NCBI GenBank assembly: GCA_964016885.1
Contig: OZ024743.1
Coordinates: forward strand, 48,422,001-48,486,000
Direction of reading: 5' to 3'
DNA from: Eledone cirrhosa
Taxonomy: Eukaryota
Length of the DNA: 64,000 bases
The position numbers and the translations under genes are program-made. Shown piece by piece: positions 16,962 to 30,549 of the stretch. The notes beneath the pieces are model-generated. The model searched no databases. It saw nothing but the letters and a program-made list of their open reading frames with translations, and was not told where the DNA came from. Each line of letters starts with the position of its first letter. Within the stretch, counting starts at the first letter, position 1.

Positions 16962-17157
16962 CAGGGTGTTTGGGTTAAATTTGAATTTTTTATTTTTTTT
17001 TTTATTTCATGAGAAAATTCAGTCAACAAAGCCACCCTTAGCATCCACTGTGCCCTCAATCCGTCTCCAAAATCTGGCACATGCAGCCCTCACAGTGTCC
17101 CTAGGGAGAGTCACAAACGCCTCCTTAATCCTGTGAATCAGCTGGGTCCATAACATC

Positions 17158-17160
<3 letters not shown>
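16962..17160 (-). mobile_element. Tc1/mariner-superfamily transposase C-terminal remnant with TIR end
   Basis: Minus strand reads LIHRIKEAFVTLPRDTVRAACARFWRRIEGTVDAKGGFVD*. The CAGGGTG terminus is preceded by TA-rich sequence. Confidence 0.65.
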
Positions 17161-17227
<67 letters not shown>

Positions 17228-17303
17228 GTGTGGGATGCTTAAAGCATCCGTATGCAGTAGGCCATTTGTGCACTCGATGCTCTTACAGAGCAGAGTATAA
17301 TAT

Positions 17304-17414
17304 ATAAGAAATGGAGAATCAGTGGTGCGAAGAATTAAAATTTATTAGACATAAACGATTGTAATATGTCTAATAAATTTTAATTTGTCGCACCACTGAT
17401 TCTCCATTTCTTAT
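17304..17414. repeat. 50-bp-arm hairpin (inverted repeat)
   Basis: 17304-17353 pairs with 17365-17414 (one mismatch, one G-U), with an 11-nt loop. Confidence 0.9.
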
Positions 17415-19032
17415 GTGATAGTATGTATGTATGTATGTATGTATGTATGTATGTATGTATGTATGTATGCATGCATGCATGCATGCATGCATGCATGCAC
17501 GCACGCACACACTATCAAATTTCTCCCAAACATTCTGTATCTATAATCTGTGATATGTTCAAGCAAAAGAGAGAAAATTATGTTTTTATAACAAAAATAT
17601 ATTTTTTTCTCTGATAGCTAGGATATCAGATATTTATTACATATAGCATATACTTACATATACACTCCCATTTCATTTAATGTTATTTTAGTTTATATAT
17701 GTATAACAAAAACAAGATGGTGTAGGACAGAACAAAGAAGAGGCACAAAAAGAAAGAAAAGAATCCCCAGTCACTGAAGAGGTCACAATGTGTGACGAAA
17801 GAACTTTGACAATATATGAACAAGCGTCTGGTTATGGAACCAACCAACCAACCGGAAATTTATAAATTTAATTTATAATAAATTGGAGTGAAAGCAACTG
17901 GTGCGTGTGTTTCTTATTGGCAACATGACCCTCCCAAAGCATAACTATATATATATATATATATATATATCATCATCATCATCATCATCATCATTTTACG
18001 TCCACTTTTCCCTGCTTGCAAGGGTGGGACGGGAACTGATTCTGGCTTGATTTCTACAGCTGGATGCCCTTCCTAACACCAACCTCATTTACAGTGAGTG
18101 CTGGGTGCTTTTTTTCCGTGGCACCTCCACAGCCACTTTGCAGTATATATATCCATGTGTTATTGATGGACGGGAGAAAAGTATTCAATACCAAAGTAGA
18201 GTTTAAATATCCATTAATTTTTACTAAACTGTGAGCCTTATTACATTGGAGTTTGACCTGTGTCCCCGCAGGATCATCATAGAATGCAGGTGAATCTTCA
18301 GAGTAACAAGGGTCACTGCTTAGCCATAATAAATGTGTGTGCACGTATTTACATGTATATATAAACAGTCGTTGAGACATCGGATAGAATACATTACAGT
18401 ATTCGTCCCACCTCATTGCGCACTCTGAGTTCAAATCCTACCGTAGTCAACTTTGCCATTCATCCTTTTGGGGTCAATAAAAAAAAGTACCAGTCCAGTC
18501 CCAGGGTCGATTCTTCCTCTATAGAAAAAATTGGCTGTGTTCAGACCTGAAGAGGGCTGGGTTCCGCTAGGTTTAAAAGTGCCCTAGACACACCGTATGA
18601 TGGTACCACTATGACTCCACAAGGAGTTATGGGATCTTTATCCTTTTATATATAAATATGAACACGCACTCATACTCACATGTTGCGAATCTTAGTATGC
18701 TGGTCTGTTTTTCTCTTTTTATGCTATACTAATCTCCTTTACCATTTCTTGGTATATCATTGTGTGTAGATTTGTGTGTATCTAATATGTAAATGTCTAG
18801 TGTCCCTGTGTTTGTTTGCATACCTTTTCATTTGTCATTTCTTTCTTTTTTTTCTAATGCAAGACAAAATAGCCAAATTTTTCAATATAAATATGGAACC
18901 AATCAAATTTCAATGTATCAGTCAACATCACGTTACCATTACCTGACCAATCACCTGGCAAATAAAATCCATATAGTTTAGTGTGTATTTGTTTTTTTAT
19001 TTCTGACCACAAGCCAGATACCCACATAACCC

Positions 19033-19100
<68 letters not shown>

Positions 19101-19199
19101 CCCCCCCTCTCATATTGGATATGAATTGAAGTTGTAACTGCCATATAGCAGGTACTAATCAAGTTGTTTGAAGCAATCACAAAGCGCTCAATGGATCAA

Positions 19200-19760
19200 G
19201 AGGCTACGTCCACTTTTCCATGTCTGCTTGAGTTGGGTGGGTCTTTTTCAGTACAACATCTCTGCATTCTTCATGATCATTTGTCGTCCCTTTGAGATCA
19301 TTCTCACCAGGTCCACCCAGTCTTCTTTGGTCTTCCCCTACTCTAGCACAATTACTTTCTGTCACTTTTATAACTGGGTCCATTAATTTTATGCCCTTGC
19401 AGTTGCTCCTTTCTAGTGCATCACCTTTTCCTTTGTAGCAATTAATGAGTATACTACTGGGCCAGTCATTGGGTATCCCCCCCCCCTCCTCTATTACCTG
19501 AGTGACTAGGAGGGTGACTGGTTCAATTCCTACTTCTCCACATATTCTCAGCATCTCAAGGACTATATCTGACAGTCTAGCGACTTTACCAGTCTACATC
19601 TCCTTAATTGTGTCTTTGACCCTATAACAGTCAATGTTGATATCTGGTTCCTCTGTCAGGTCAGTTGGAGGTAGACTCTCTTCCTCCCATTCATTCTTCA
19701 CATTCAGCATTTTGCAGTAGCATTTCCAGGCATCTTTTGAGCATCAGTGATGCTAAGTGC
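19200..19760 (-). mobile_element. Decayed RTE LINE fragment
   Basis: GIPNDWPSSILINCYKGKGDALERSNCKGIKLMDPVIKVTE. Confidence 0.8.
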
Positions 19761-20030
19761 ATTAGGGATACATGTGTGTATATATAAATATATACACACA
19801 TATATGTACACACAGATGTGTAGTGAATCTTAGAATGCAGCTCACTTTTTCAGTGTTTTCTGTTCTCATCACCAACTTTCCTATCATTGTATTAAACTCT
19901 GTCTAGGGTCTCTGTATCTCTTTGTATCCATATCTGTACTTTTTTTATAGATTATATTGTAAGAGAAAATAACCCAAATTTGTTCAATATGAATATATTA
20001 ACAATCAAATTTTAAGATATATATATATAT

Positions 20031-20635
20031 GAGGTATCAAATGCTGTGTGCAGGAGGGGCGGTTGCGCTGGTATGGACATGTGATGCGTATGAAGGATGA
20101 CAGCTGCATAAAAAGGTGCAGAGCACTAGAAGTTGATGGAAACCGCGGAGTGGGGAGACCCAAGATGACCTGGGATGAGGTGATAAAAGCCGACCTTACC
20201 CAATTACACCTCTCAAAGGATAGGACACACGACCGTGACTTCTGGCGTCACGCAGTAATACAGAGTACCCGACCTCCCATGGGTTCAAGCTGAAGCATAT
20301 AGACAATATACCCCCACACCTCCCACCGCAAGGTGGCCGTGGAGGTGCCACGGCAAAAAAAGCACCCAGCCCACACTGTAAAGTGGACGTGTAGGTGCCA
20401 CGGCAAAAAAACACCTAGCCCACACTGTAAAGTGGACGTGTAGGCGCCACGAAAAAGCACCCAGCACTCACTGTAAATGAGGTTGGTGTTAGGAAGGGCA
20501 TCCAGCTGTAGAAATCAAGCCAAATCAGTTCCTGTATGAGCAACGCATGGTGAGCCGACCAGACACTGCCCACAACAGGACAACCCGTCTAACCCATGCT
20601 AGCGTGGAAGAACGGACGTAAAACGGTGATGATGA

Positions 20636-20638
<3 letters not shown>
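20031..20638 (+). mobile_element. 5'-truncated RTE LINE, family B
   Basis: [38 protein letters not shown], then 3' UTR and (GAT)n. Near-identical to 39487-40040. Confidence 0.92.
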
Positions 20639-20683
<45 letters not shown>

Positions 20684-20685
<2 letters not shown>

Positions 20686-23600
20686 TCATCATCATCATCA
20701 ACGTTTAACGTCCGTGTTCTACGCTTGCATGGGTTTGGACGGGGGTAGTCCCACTTGAGGCAAGAGTGATTGTCTTGCTCGCATAGGACTGTCTGGCAGG
20801 TTTTCTACAGTTGGATGCTCTTCCTAACACCAACCACATTTACAGTGTGGGTCTGGGAGGTTTTTACCGTGTTGCCTACACGGCCACATTACAGCGTGGA
20901 CTGTGTGTTTTTTTGTCGTGACACCTACACGATCTCATTTGTTTCGGCCTGGATGGCGCGGCACCAACATAACTTTACATAGAACGGGGGGTGGGGGTGG
21001 GGGGGTGTATTTTGTTAGAGATGACTACTGGCTGTAGTAGGTTTTACTATGTATTTAGGTAAGGCGCGTCTTCTCTGTTACTGAGTACTGCCAAAGGTCT
21101 CGGTCCAGTGACATTGTCTTGGAGAGGTGTAAGTGTGTGAGGTCGGAGTTTATCAGCTCGTCCCAGGTTTTTCTAGGTCTGCCTATTCCGTGGCTACCGT
21201 CTATCTTTATTGCCCTGTACTTTGTTATACAGCTATCGACTTTCATGCGCATCACGTGTCCATACCAACGTAGCCTTCTCTCGAGTAAACAACATCTGAT
21301 CCCTCTTATTTCTAATTTTTTCCTTAGTTCGTTTATGCTTTACCGTTCATGTATATTACTGTTACACATCCAGCGGAGCATGCAAGCTTCGTTCCTCTCT
21401 AGTCTGCGTATATCCTCTGCACACAATGCCCAGGTCTCACTGCCATGCAACATTGCTGTTCGTATGCAGGCATCGTACAACCTGCCTTTCATTTTTAGGG
21501 AGAACCCTTTAGCAGCTAATAGTGGTATAAGCTCTCTGAACTTTTTCCAACCAGTTCTGACTCTAGCTACTGTACTTTCAGAGCACCCTCCCCCACTGCT
21601 GATTTTATCGCCCAGGTAACGGAAGCTGTCCACTATTTCTATAGAACCTTCTGCGCAATTGAAAGAGCTAGTATTTTGTGGGTACTTGCTGCTACTTATT
21701 GCACCAGAGCACCGGCCACATGTAAAATCTATATTCTTAGTTAGCTTACCTGTGATCCCACTACATCTTTTATGCACCCATACTTTGCATTTGGGACATA
21801 AAATGGAGTTTCTACCTACGCCTTTCCTACACACCGAGCACGACCATTTCCCAGAAGGGACCGCCGCCTTGTTTTCTTTCCTACAAACTAGAACTTTAGT
21901 CTTAGCCAGGTTAATTTTAAGTCCTTTTGATTCTAGGCCGTGCTTCCATGTTTGGAATTTCTTCTCTAGCTCGGCCATTGATTCCGCTATGAGTGTCAGG
22001 TCGTCTGCGTATAGGAGTTCCCATGGGCAGCCGGTCTTGAACTCCTCTGTTATAGCCTGAAGGGCAATAATAAATAGTAGGGGGCTAAGAACAGAGCCCT
22101 GATGGACGCCAACTTTTACGCTAAACTCTTCACTATATTCGTTGTTAATTCTAACCTTGCTGACTGTTTCTTTATACATGGCTTGTATAGCCCTCACAAG
22201 CCATTCGTCAACACCTAGTTTTCTAAGAGCCCACCAGATAATGGAGCGGGGGACTCTGTCGAAGGCTTTCTCCAAGTCGACAAAAGCTAAGTAGAGGGGT
22301 TTACCTTTAGCTAGGTACTTCTCCTGTAGTTGTCGTACAATGAAAAGAGCGTCTGTGGTACTTTTGCCTGACACAAACCCGATCTGCATTTCATCTAGGT
22401 CAATTCTCTCTCTGATTAGTTGCGCTATTACTTTTTCCGTGACCTTCATGACCTGGTCGATTAATTTAATGCCTCTATAGTTACTCCTATCTAGGGCGTC
22501 TCCTTTACCCTTATAACAGTTAACGATGCTGCTGCTATGCCAGTCCTTCGGAACAACCCCATTCTGTACAACTTGGTTAACTATGCGGGTGACCATGGTG
22601 TGTCCCACCGTGCCAGATGCCTTCAGCATCTCAGCAACTATTTCCGAAGGCCCAGCCGCCTTACCCGTCTTTATATCCTTGATTGCCTTACTTATTATAC
22701 TCCCCTCGACTAACACTGCTGGTCCCTCTATTGGGTCGATATGGGGGAGACTGTCTTTCTCCCATTTATTCTCCTCATTTAGTAGCCTTTCATAGTGACA
22801 CTTCCAAGCTACCTTATCAGCGTCGGTGATGGCAAGTGTGCCATCATCGTTAAGTACACACTTCTCCCCGACAATATCACGGTTTTCCTTGACGCATTGC
22901 CTAGCAATCCTGAACACCTCACGTTTTTGGTCCTCGCGTTGTAGAACATGCTTGAACTTTCTTTCCTTTGCTTCCCTTCTTGCTAAGTACACTTGTCTCC
23001 TAGCTTCCCTCCTGGCCACTTGATAGTCTTCTCTACTTCCCCCATCCCGCCATACTTTCCAAGCCTGCTTTTTGGCCTTAATTGACCCCTCCACCTTACT
23101 GTTCCACCACCATGTTACTCTCCTGCTGCCTACAGGCCTGCTCCAGCCACAGACTTCGTCTGTCGCCATCAGCAGGTTTGCTTTCAGAAATTCCCACTGT
23201 CCCTCTATATTGTCCGACTCTAAATGTTCTTCCTTACTGTCGAAAGCATCAAGTAATATGCTTTGAAATTTATTTCTGGCTGTGGGGTCCTTTAGCTTCC
23301 ATATTTTTCTCCTGAGGATAGTCCTCTTCTGCTGTCGAGTACGTCTCGTCCTGACTATGAGGTCGCTAATTATCAGTCTATGTTGGGAGGTGCATTCTTC
23401 ATGGGGAGGGATTTAGTGTTTACAACAGACACTCTGTCACGTCTTCTGGTAAGGATATAATCTACCTGGCTTGTGTGTTCCCCGGATCTATAGGTGATCA
23501 GGTGATTGTCACATTTTTTGAAGTTAGTGTTACAGATAGTTAGGTTATTTGCATCGCAGAATTCCAGGATTCTGGAGTCTTCCTCATTTCTAGTACCAAA

Positions 23601-24450
23601 CCCATAGCCTCCATGGATTTCGTCGTAGCCGTCACAATGTTGTCCAACGTGACCATTTAGGTCGCCTGCAATAATTATATAGTCACTGTCAGATATTTGG
23701 GAGGTAGTTAGCATCAGTGTCTCATAGAATCTGTCTTTTATAGTGCCGGGCAGTCCGGATTGGGGTGCGTACGCAGATATTACTGTCACCGTAGTTCTAT
23801 TGAGGACAAGTCGTATTTTAATTATTCTGTAGTTCACTCTATTTACGTCTATTATCTTATCTGCCCACTTTTCTGCTACCATGATTCCTACTCCACCCAG
23901 CCCATCGTCGTTTCCCACCCAGAAAAGCTTATAACATCGTTTTTTACCCTCAATGAACCTAGCAGACCCACCCCTCCACCTGGTCTCTTGAATACAACAA
24001 ACATCGACCTCCTTACGTTCAAGCATTTCTACAACCTCGTTAGCGCGACCCTTTAGGGTGCCTACATTTATGGTACCAACTCTGAAGTTTTGGATTGCGT
24101 TTGGAGGGTGGGGGCGGGGGGAGATGGGGTTATGTTAGCCATCCGCGGACGAAACAAAGAGGAGTGCTCGCATTCTCGTCCACGAGGTGAATTTGTCTTC
24201 AACTTTGGCATTTTCGCTGAGCGTCCAGATTTTTCTCTCCCTTCCACTCTCCAGGATTCCGCAGTCCATCCATCCATCATATATCGAAAGGCAACCGGGC
24301 AAGCGATAGTATAGGCCTCTGGCTTATGATTGGTCCGCGTAATAATGGTGATGCGTGGGGGGGGGGTGCTCTGGCTTATGATTGGTCCACATATTAACAA
24401 TGGTGGTGTGTGGGGGCAGGTGGGAGGGGGGGGGGTAGCTAGCTGGAAGG
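20684..24450 (-). mobile_element. Near full-length RTE LINE, family A (APE + RT), frameshifted
   Basis: APE motifs (CIQETRW, SAYAPQ, GDLNGHVG, QVDYIL) at 23373-24100. RT motifs (AFVDLEKAFDRV, GVHQGSVLSPLLF, LYADD) at 21340-23169. C-terminus at 21055-21255, (CAT)n tail. The 5' boundary is approximate. Confidence 0.95.
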
Positions 24451-24772
24451 TTAGGATTGTTTAACAAGCGATTAACAAAAAACAAAAATGCAAGATTTGT
24501 TCTGTTCAATACGACAAAAACTCCCGTATTTAACATAAATAACAAAAAATACAGATTTCGGATTTTGCAAGATTGGATGTTTGGACTAGGTACGAAATTG
24601 AAGCGTGGAGTAGATAGAAAAATGTGTATGTTACGATTACATGAGATACACCGTAGTAGGAACAGCAATGAATTGGCGAAAGTGATTAAACATGAAGGGG
24701 AGTTTTTATCTTATATATATATATATGTAGCTAAGAGAGAGAGAGGGGGAGGGGGAGTGAGAGATATATATA

Positions 24773-24812
<40 letters not shown>

Positions 24813-24813
<1 letters not shown>

Positions 24814-25145
24814 GAGGCACATGGCTTAGTGGTTAGAGCATTGGCCTTGCAATCGAAAGGTTGTGAGTTCAATTCTCAGACCGGGTGATGTGTTGTTTCC
24901 TTGAGCAAGACACTTTATTTCACATTGCTCCAGTTTACTCAGCTGTAGAAATGAGATGATAGGGACTGGGCTCCCTATCATTCCACTGCAAAGTGGTCGT
25001 GGAGGTGCCACGGCAAAAAAGCACCCAGCACTCACTGTAAATGAGGTTGGTGTTAGGAAGGGCATCCAGCTGTAGAAATCAAGCCAGAATCAGTTCCCGT
25101 CCCACCCTTGCAAGCAGGGAAAAGTGGACGTAAAATGAAATGATG
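24813..25145 (+). mobile_element. tRNA/CORE-type SINE with RTE family-C tail
   Basis: Full copy with intact B-box (gagttcaattc). Same family as 16058, 41490 and 58108. Confidence 0.92.
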
Positions 25146-25488
25146 AATGATGAATGATGAAAAGAATGCAAAATGCAAACAGAAATAACAAAACAAACGA
25201 CACAGTACAATGAAGAAATATATTAGTTTTACACTTGATATAGTAGGAAAAGAGCGCATGCACACACATATATATGTGTACATGTAAGCACATACATACA
25301 TGTCCATCAATTACAATTTTTGCTCAATGAATGAATTAACTAAATCATTAATCAATTAGTCAGAGCATTATAAAATTAATAATGGGTAAAATAATTAAAA
25401 CAAAAACAATTTTACTTCAAAATACTACTTGATTCCGACTGCAGAAGTATTTTGAGGTAAAATTTCTTTTGTCTTAATTGCTTTGCGC

Positions 25489-25535
<47 letters not shown>

Positions 25536-25974
25536 ACATGCTCGTGTGGGTGTGTGCGTGTACATTAACAACCTTATATAAAATAACTGTTATCATTACC
25601 AATATGATCTGGCTGTTCGATGACCTGATAAAATAAAATTCATTCCATTTCTTGAGTGTTTTCTAGTTCTCGAGTACAAGCCTGTCACACAGACAACTTC
25701 CACATGCACATATGTATAGGTTACTCATGTGCATGCTCAAAGCATACAAACACATTTCAAGGTAGATTGTGTCTATATGCCATTGAACCTGTTAGGAGTA
25801 ACAGCTAAATAAATCACTGATTACTTTCTTCAAATTGTTAATATTTTGATAATTTATGTAAATGAAATCGTTTGTAAACAGAATTATACAATGATGAAAG
25901 TATTAAAATATTAAAGACAATTTTAATCACACAAAATTGTTCACTTGGAGAAATTTCTGTCTATTTTTATGTAA

Positions 25975-26570
25975 TGTTCTATCTGTCTACACCTAGCTTC
26001 CTAAGCACCCATCAGGTTACAGAGTTTGGAACTCTGTCAAAGGTCTTCTTTAGATCAACAAATGTTAATGGTTTACTCTTTGCTAAGTACTTCTGTTGTG
26101 GTTTCACCAAAAATAGGGTATCAGTAGTATCCCTGACAAGCATAAAGCTAAATTGCATCACATCTAGCTTGATTTTGTCTCTAACCTGGTTCATCAATGT
26201 GATGCATCTGAAATTACCTATCTTTACTCCTTTCCTTTACCCTTGTAGCAGTTTACAATTGTACTATTACACCAGTCATTGATATAAAATCACCCTGTGC
26301 TACTCAAATTATATGTCTGACTACCATGCTGGATGTTTTTACCATCTCAGTAACTATACCTGATGGTCCAGCTTCCTTCCCTATCGTTAAATCCTTAATT
26401 TCTTTATCTATCACACTGCTGGTCCTTCAGTTAGATCTACACAGGGTAGGCCTTCACACTATCATTCTCTTTATTCATCAGTCTCTCAGAGTAAGATTTC
26501 CATGCTTCTTTCTTTTCATCACCAGTCAGAACAAGTGTTCTACTATCACTTCAGACACACTTTTCCTCTA
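25975..26570 (-). mobile_element. Decayed RTE LINE (RT region)
   Basis: QQKYLAKSKPLTFVDLKKTFDRVP. Confidence 0.8.
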
Positions 26571-26574
26571 ACTC

Positions 26575-26900
26575 GATAAAGTGTGTAGCTCGGAGATCAG
26601 AGATTCACTCCAGGTAGAGCTGTTACTTCTCTAAATTGAGAGATAACAACTCCAATACTATGGGCATGTGGTTAGGATGTCTCGGGAAAGAATTGCTGGA
26701 CAGATTTTATGGGCAAAACCAACCAGCATGAGACCGAGGAGTAGACCCTAAGCAAGATGGTAGGATAACGTCCATGAACTTGGCTGGTCTTGCTTGGGGA
26801 TCCAGACGGATCAGTTGGAGATAGTTGCTTCTGACAAGACCCGCTGGAAGGAGTGTTTGAGGACTCTGCCACCATGACCCTCTCAGGAATAAGTGTAAGA
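26575..26900 (+). mobile_element. Decayed RTE/Expander-type LINE 3' end
   Basis: YYGHVVRMSRERIAGQILWAKPTSMRPRSRP..W (thumb and GRP-type motifs, with stops). Confidence 0.6.
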
Positions 26901-28259
26901 AGAAGACTTAAATGGTTGTGTTGTTTCATATATCTTGTCCTCTATGAAGTATATAATTGATAGCAATCTTTTAATAAGACAGTTTCTTCAATAACCAATC
27001 TTTTGTGCATCATTGCCCTATGATACAACTATTTCTGAAGAATTGTTTTAAAAAATATTGGTTGCACTTAACCTTAGCAAGATTAAAGTTGTGGTAGAAC
27101 ACAAAGGACTTTTTGATGAGTTAACTTAAAGAATTTCTTCAACTGTTTCAAATTAGAGCATTTCCTATCTAATATTCTATTGTGGAATCCATTAACCCAG
27201 TTCTTTTTAAATGTCATGTCGTTAACGGAGAATTCATCAAAGACCAACAAATACTTTCCTTGACATTTCCAGTGAAGTTATTTCTTTGTTCTCTTTTCTC
27301 TACTGAAGGTATTAACCAAACACTAACTTGTAATGTCCTGTACTGTGTGAAACCACATAGGCAAGACAGTCTTGAAAAGCACAAATCAGTTGAACCATGA
27401 GCAGTTTTAGGTGGGTTGATATCAAAAGGGTTAAGAAGTGAAATTGCTTTGTGAATGTAGTGTTAGACTACTAATCCATAATAAGTCTAGCATTCAAACC
27501 TAGTTTTATTGTGCAATTTGGACTGTGTTCCACCCCTCTCCTCTCTATATATTTGAAACCTTATAAGTGATAGACTAATATTCTGTTGGGGAGCTTTATC
27601 TTTCATTTGCTAAATGTCTTGAAACAATCTAAATATTGGCCATTAAGATTTTGTTTGAGGCATTTATATTTTCTAATTGGGAGGACTATTCTTCCATTTG
27701 TTATTATGGTTGACAGCTGACTGAATTATCACTTCCTCATTACAGTTAAAATGATTAACATTTTCAGAATCTCTACTACATGAGGCTTTGTTTTAGACCT
27801 CAGTTTGCTACATTTAGTTATGTTTGGGTAGTTGGATTAGATTGGGAAAAGAGGAACAAAATAAAAAGAGATATTAGGAGACAAAATGGCTAATTATGCT
27901 GCTGAGTTTATATCCAACTATAGATGTTTACCTGTGGACAGGGTTGTGTATTCCTACTCATTTCAGTTGACCTATCTGAGAAAGTATTTGCAATAAATTA
28001 GTTTTCTATCTAAAGACTTCACTAGTGAAGATGTAATGCTTAGTGGTCAGGGTGTTGGACTGGTCACGGGTTTAATATCTGGATTGGGTGGTCTATTTTG
28101 TTCTTGAGCACAACATTTGATTTCATGTTGGTTTCATGATAGGAATGGCAGCCCCTATGTTTAAAACACTTGAGAAACTATGTGATGCAACCTCATAGGA
28201 GACCAGCTAAACATACACATGTAGGAGCTGTAACAATAGCAAAATGTTAACTGGCTTCA

Positions 28260-29050
28260 TATCATCATCATCATCATCATCATTTTGTACCTGCAGTTCC
28301 ACACTTGCATGTGTTGGGTGGATCTTTTTCAGCACAGCATCTCCACCTGCCACGCTCCTTTGTCATTCTCTTCTGTGAGCCTCAGCGATTTGAGATCAGC
28401 ATTCACCACCTCTACCCAGGCCTTCCTTTACAGCTGCGTCCCTTCACTTGGATTTTTTGGCACTTCTTCACCCAGCAATCATCATCCATGCACATCACAT
28501 GTCCATACAATCCCAGTCTTCTCTCAGTTCATCCATGCTTTGTCATTCTCACACAGTAACATTGCGTATCCAGTAAAGCATGCTTGCCTATTTTCTCAGC
28601 AGCCTTCCATATCTTCTACAGAGCTCTGAATTTATTGCCCATGTCTCACACTTTGCTCACATGCATCATACATCTGACCTTTCATTCATAAGGAGGAACC
28701 TTTTGTTGGCAACAACTTCTTAAACTTCTTCCCTCCTGTCCTTATTCTAGCTAATTATATCACCTGAGTAGTAGAAACCACCAACCATTTCTATGTGTCC
28801 TTTCTGATATTGGAAAAGGTTTATATCAGTGACACTTTTACAGTTAATTGATGCTGAACATTGACTACAAAGTTTTCCTCTCCTGTTTGCCTGTTATCTC
28901 ACTACACTTCTTGTGTTCCCAAGATTTGCATAGTTTATATTATATAGAATTTATGCCTACTCCTTTTCTACATATCAAACAAAACCACTTAGTAACACTT
29001 TGGTTTTAGTTAAGTTTATTCTCAGCCCTTTTGATTCTAAGTTCTGCTGC
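28260..29050 (-). mobile_element. Decayed RTE LINE 3' half
   Basis: (CAT)n tail, catcacatgtccatac (WYGHVM) and remnants of the Cys-rich insert. Confidence 0.75.
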
Positions 29051-30510
29051 TAGACAAATAGAGTTCAGTAAATTGTCCTTGATATGATTGTCCTGAGTAT
29101 GATTTTCAATAAATTTTTTAAATAATCAATAATTTGGAGGGATTTGATAATGTTACTTTTTCATTTTCATGCTGGCTTTTGGAGCATAACTTACAGATTC
29201 TTACATAAAATTTCGCTGGAAAGTTTTTTTTTTATAAACACAGTCAGTTTTGTATCATATAACTAGGTGTGGTTTCAGGTGTTTTGATATCCAAAGAGTT
29301 AACCCAAGTAAATTAAAACGTCTTAATGCAATATGCTTTAATTTTTCTTTGCTTGAATTTAACAACCAGGAGGTGTATACTTTCCCTGGCAGAACAAATC
29401 ATTGGAGAGAGTTTCAAAAACATATAATTAAAACCTTCATATTCTTTAGAAAATAATATTCAAAGAATTTTATTTTTAATTTTACTAGCAGGCATTTAGT
29501 TTAAATAAAAACATCAACATACTACTAAGCCTCTTCTTCATTTAGTACATTTGAGATATTTGAAATAGTTGTAACAAACTGAGTTATGGTAGGTAAAAAA
29601 TTGCTTTATGCTGTTTTCTATAAATATTTCAAGTACTTTCCTTATGTAGTGGGGGTAAATCTGTTAATGATATCAACGTGCAGAACCGCATGATTAAGAA
29701 GTTGGCTTTGCAATAATGTGGTTTTGGCTTCAATCTCACTTTGTAGTATACGGAGCATGATTGTTACATATCTAAGAATATGTAACATTTGACAAAATCT
29801 TTGTGTCAGTTTCCCAGGTAAGTTCATACAAATGTTTATCTTGTCAACCAATCCTTTATATTCAAGCTAATGAAGAAGCCTCTACATAATTATTCAACCT
29901 GCTAGAAATAGCAGCTGCATCACCCTCAAACCACATCCTACAATCCTAAAAAGGAAAAACATGATTATTGCAGTCTAATATCTAAAAAATGAAAAAGCAC
30001 CTTTAATTCCTCGTGGAGTTGTAGGGGCATTTTAAATCTGACAAAGTCGATCACTCACCAACTCAAGACTGCTACTTTATTTATCAACATTGGAAAGATG
30101 AAAGTTGACCTGGCTGGATTTGAACTAAGAGCACAGTGAGCCACAACAAATACTGAAGCATTTTCATTCCAACAGCCTAACAACTCTGCCAAATTGCCAC
30201 CTAAGTCTTCTATCTCTCTGAGTAGAAGATACAATGGGGGTCTGATCAGAATCAACCAACAATAAGTTTTTACATATACAGCTTCTAACACTCTCATACA
30301 CCTCTCTCCCTCTTTCCACTCTTTGTACTTATAGAATTCTGTATTGACATCAGTTGCAGCCCCTCAAATCATACACAGCTGTCAACAACTCTAGTTGTCC
30401 ATGCAAATACTAGAATCCTGTCTCCACAAGACTAGATCAATAACTGCATAAATAACCTCCCATTCCACCATTGCGCTACACACAAACAATGCTATAGAAT
30501 ACCACTTTAT

Positions 30511-30549
<39 letters not shown>

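Noticed and set aside
21119-23315. Antisense ORFs over RTE elements (also 39907-41022 and 62286-63101)
   Set aside because: Shadow frames of the LINE coding strand.
24813-24885. tRNA gene
   Set aside because: The A/B boxes are the head of a multicopy SINE and there is no proper acceptor stem.
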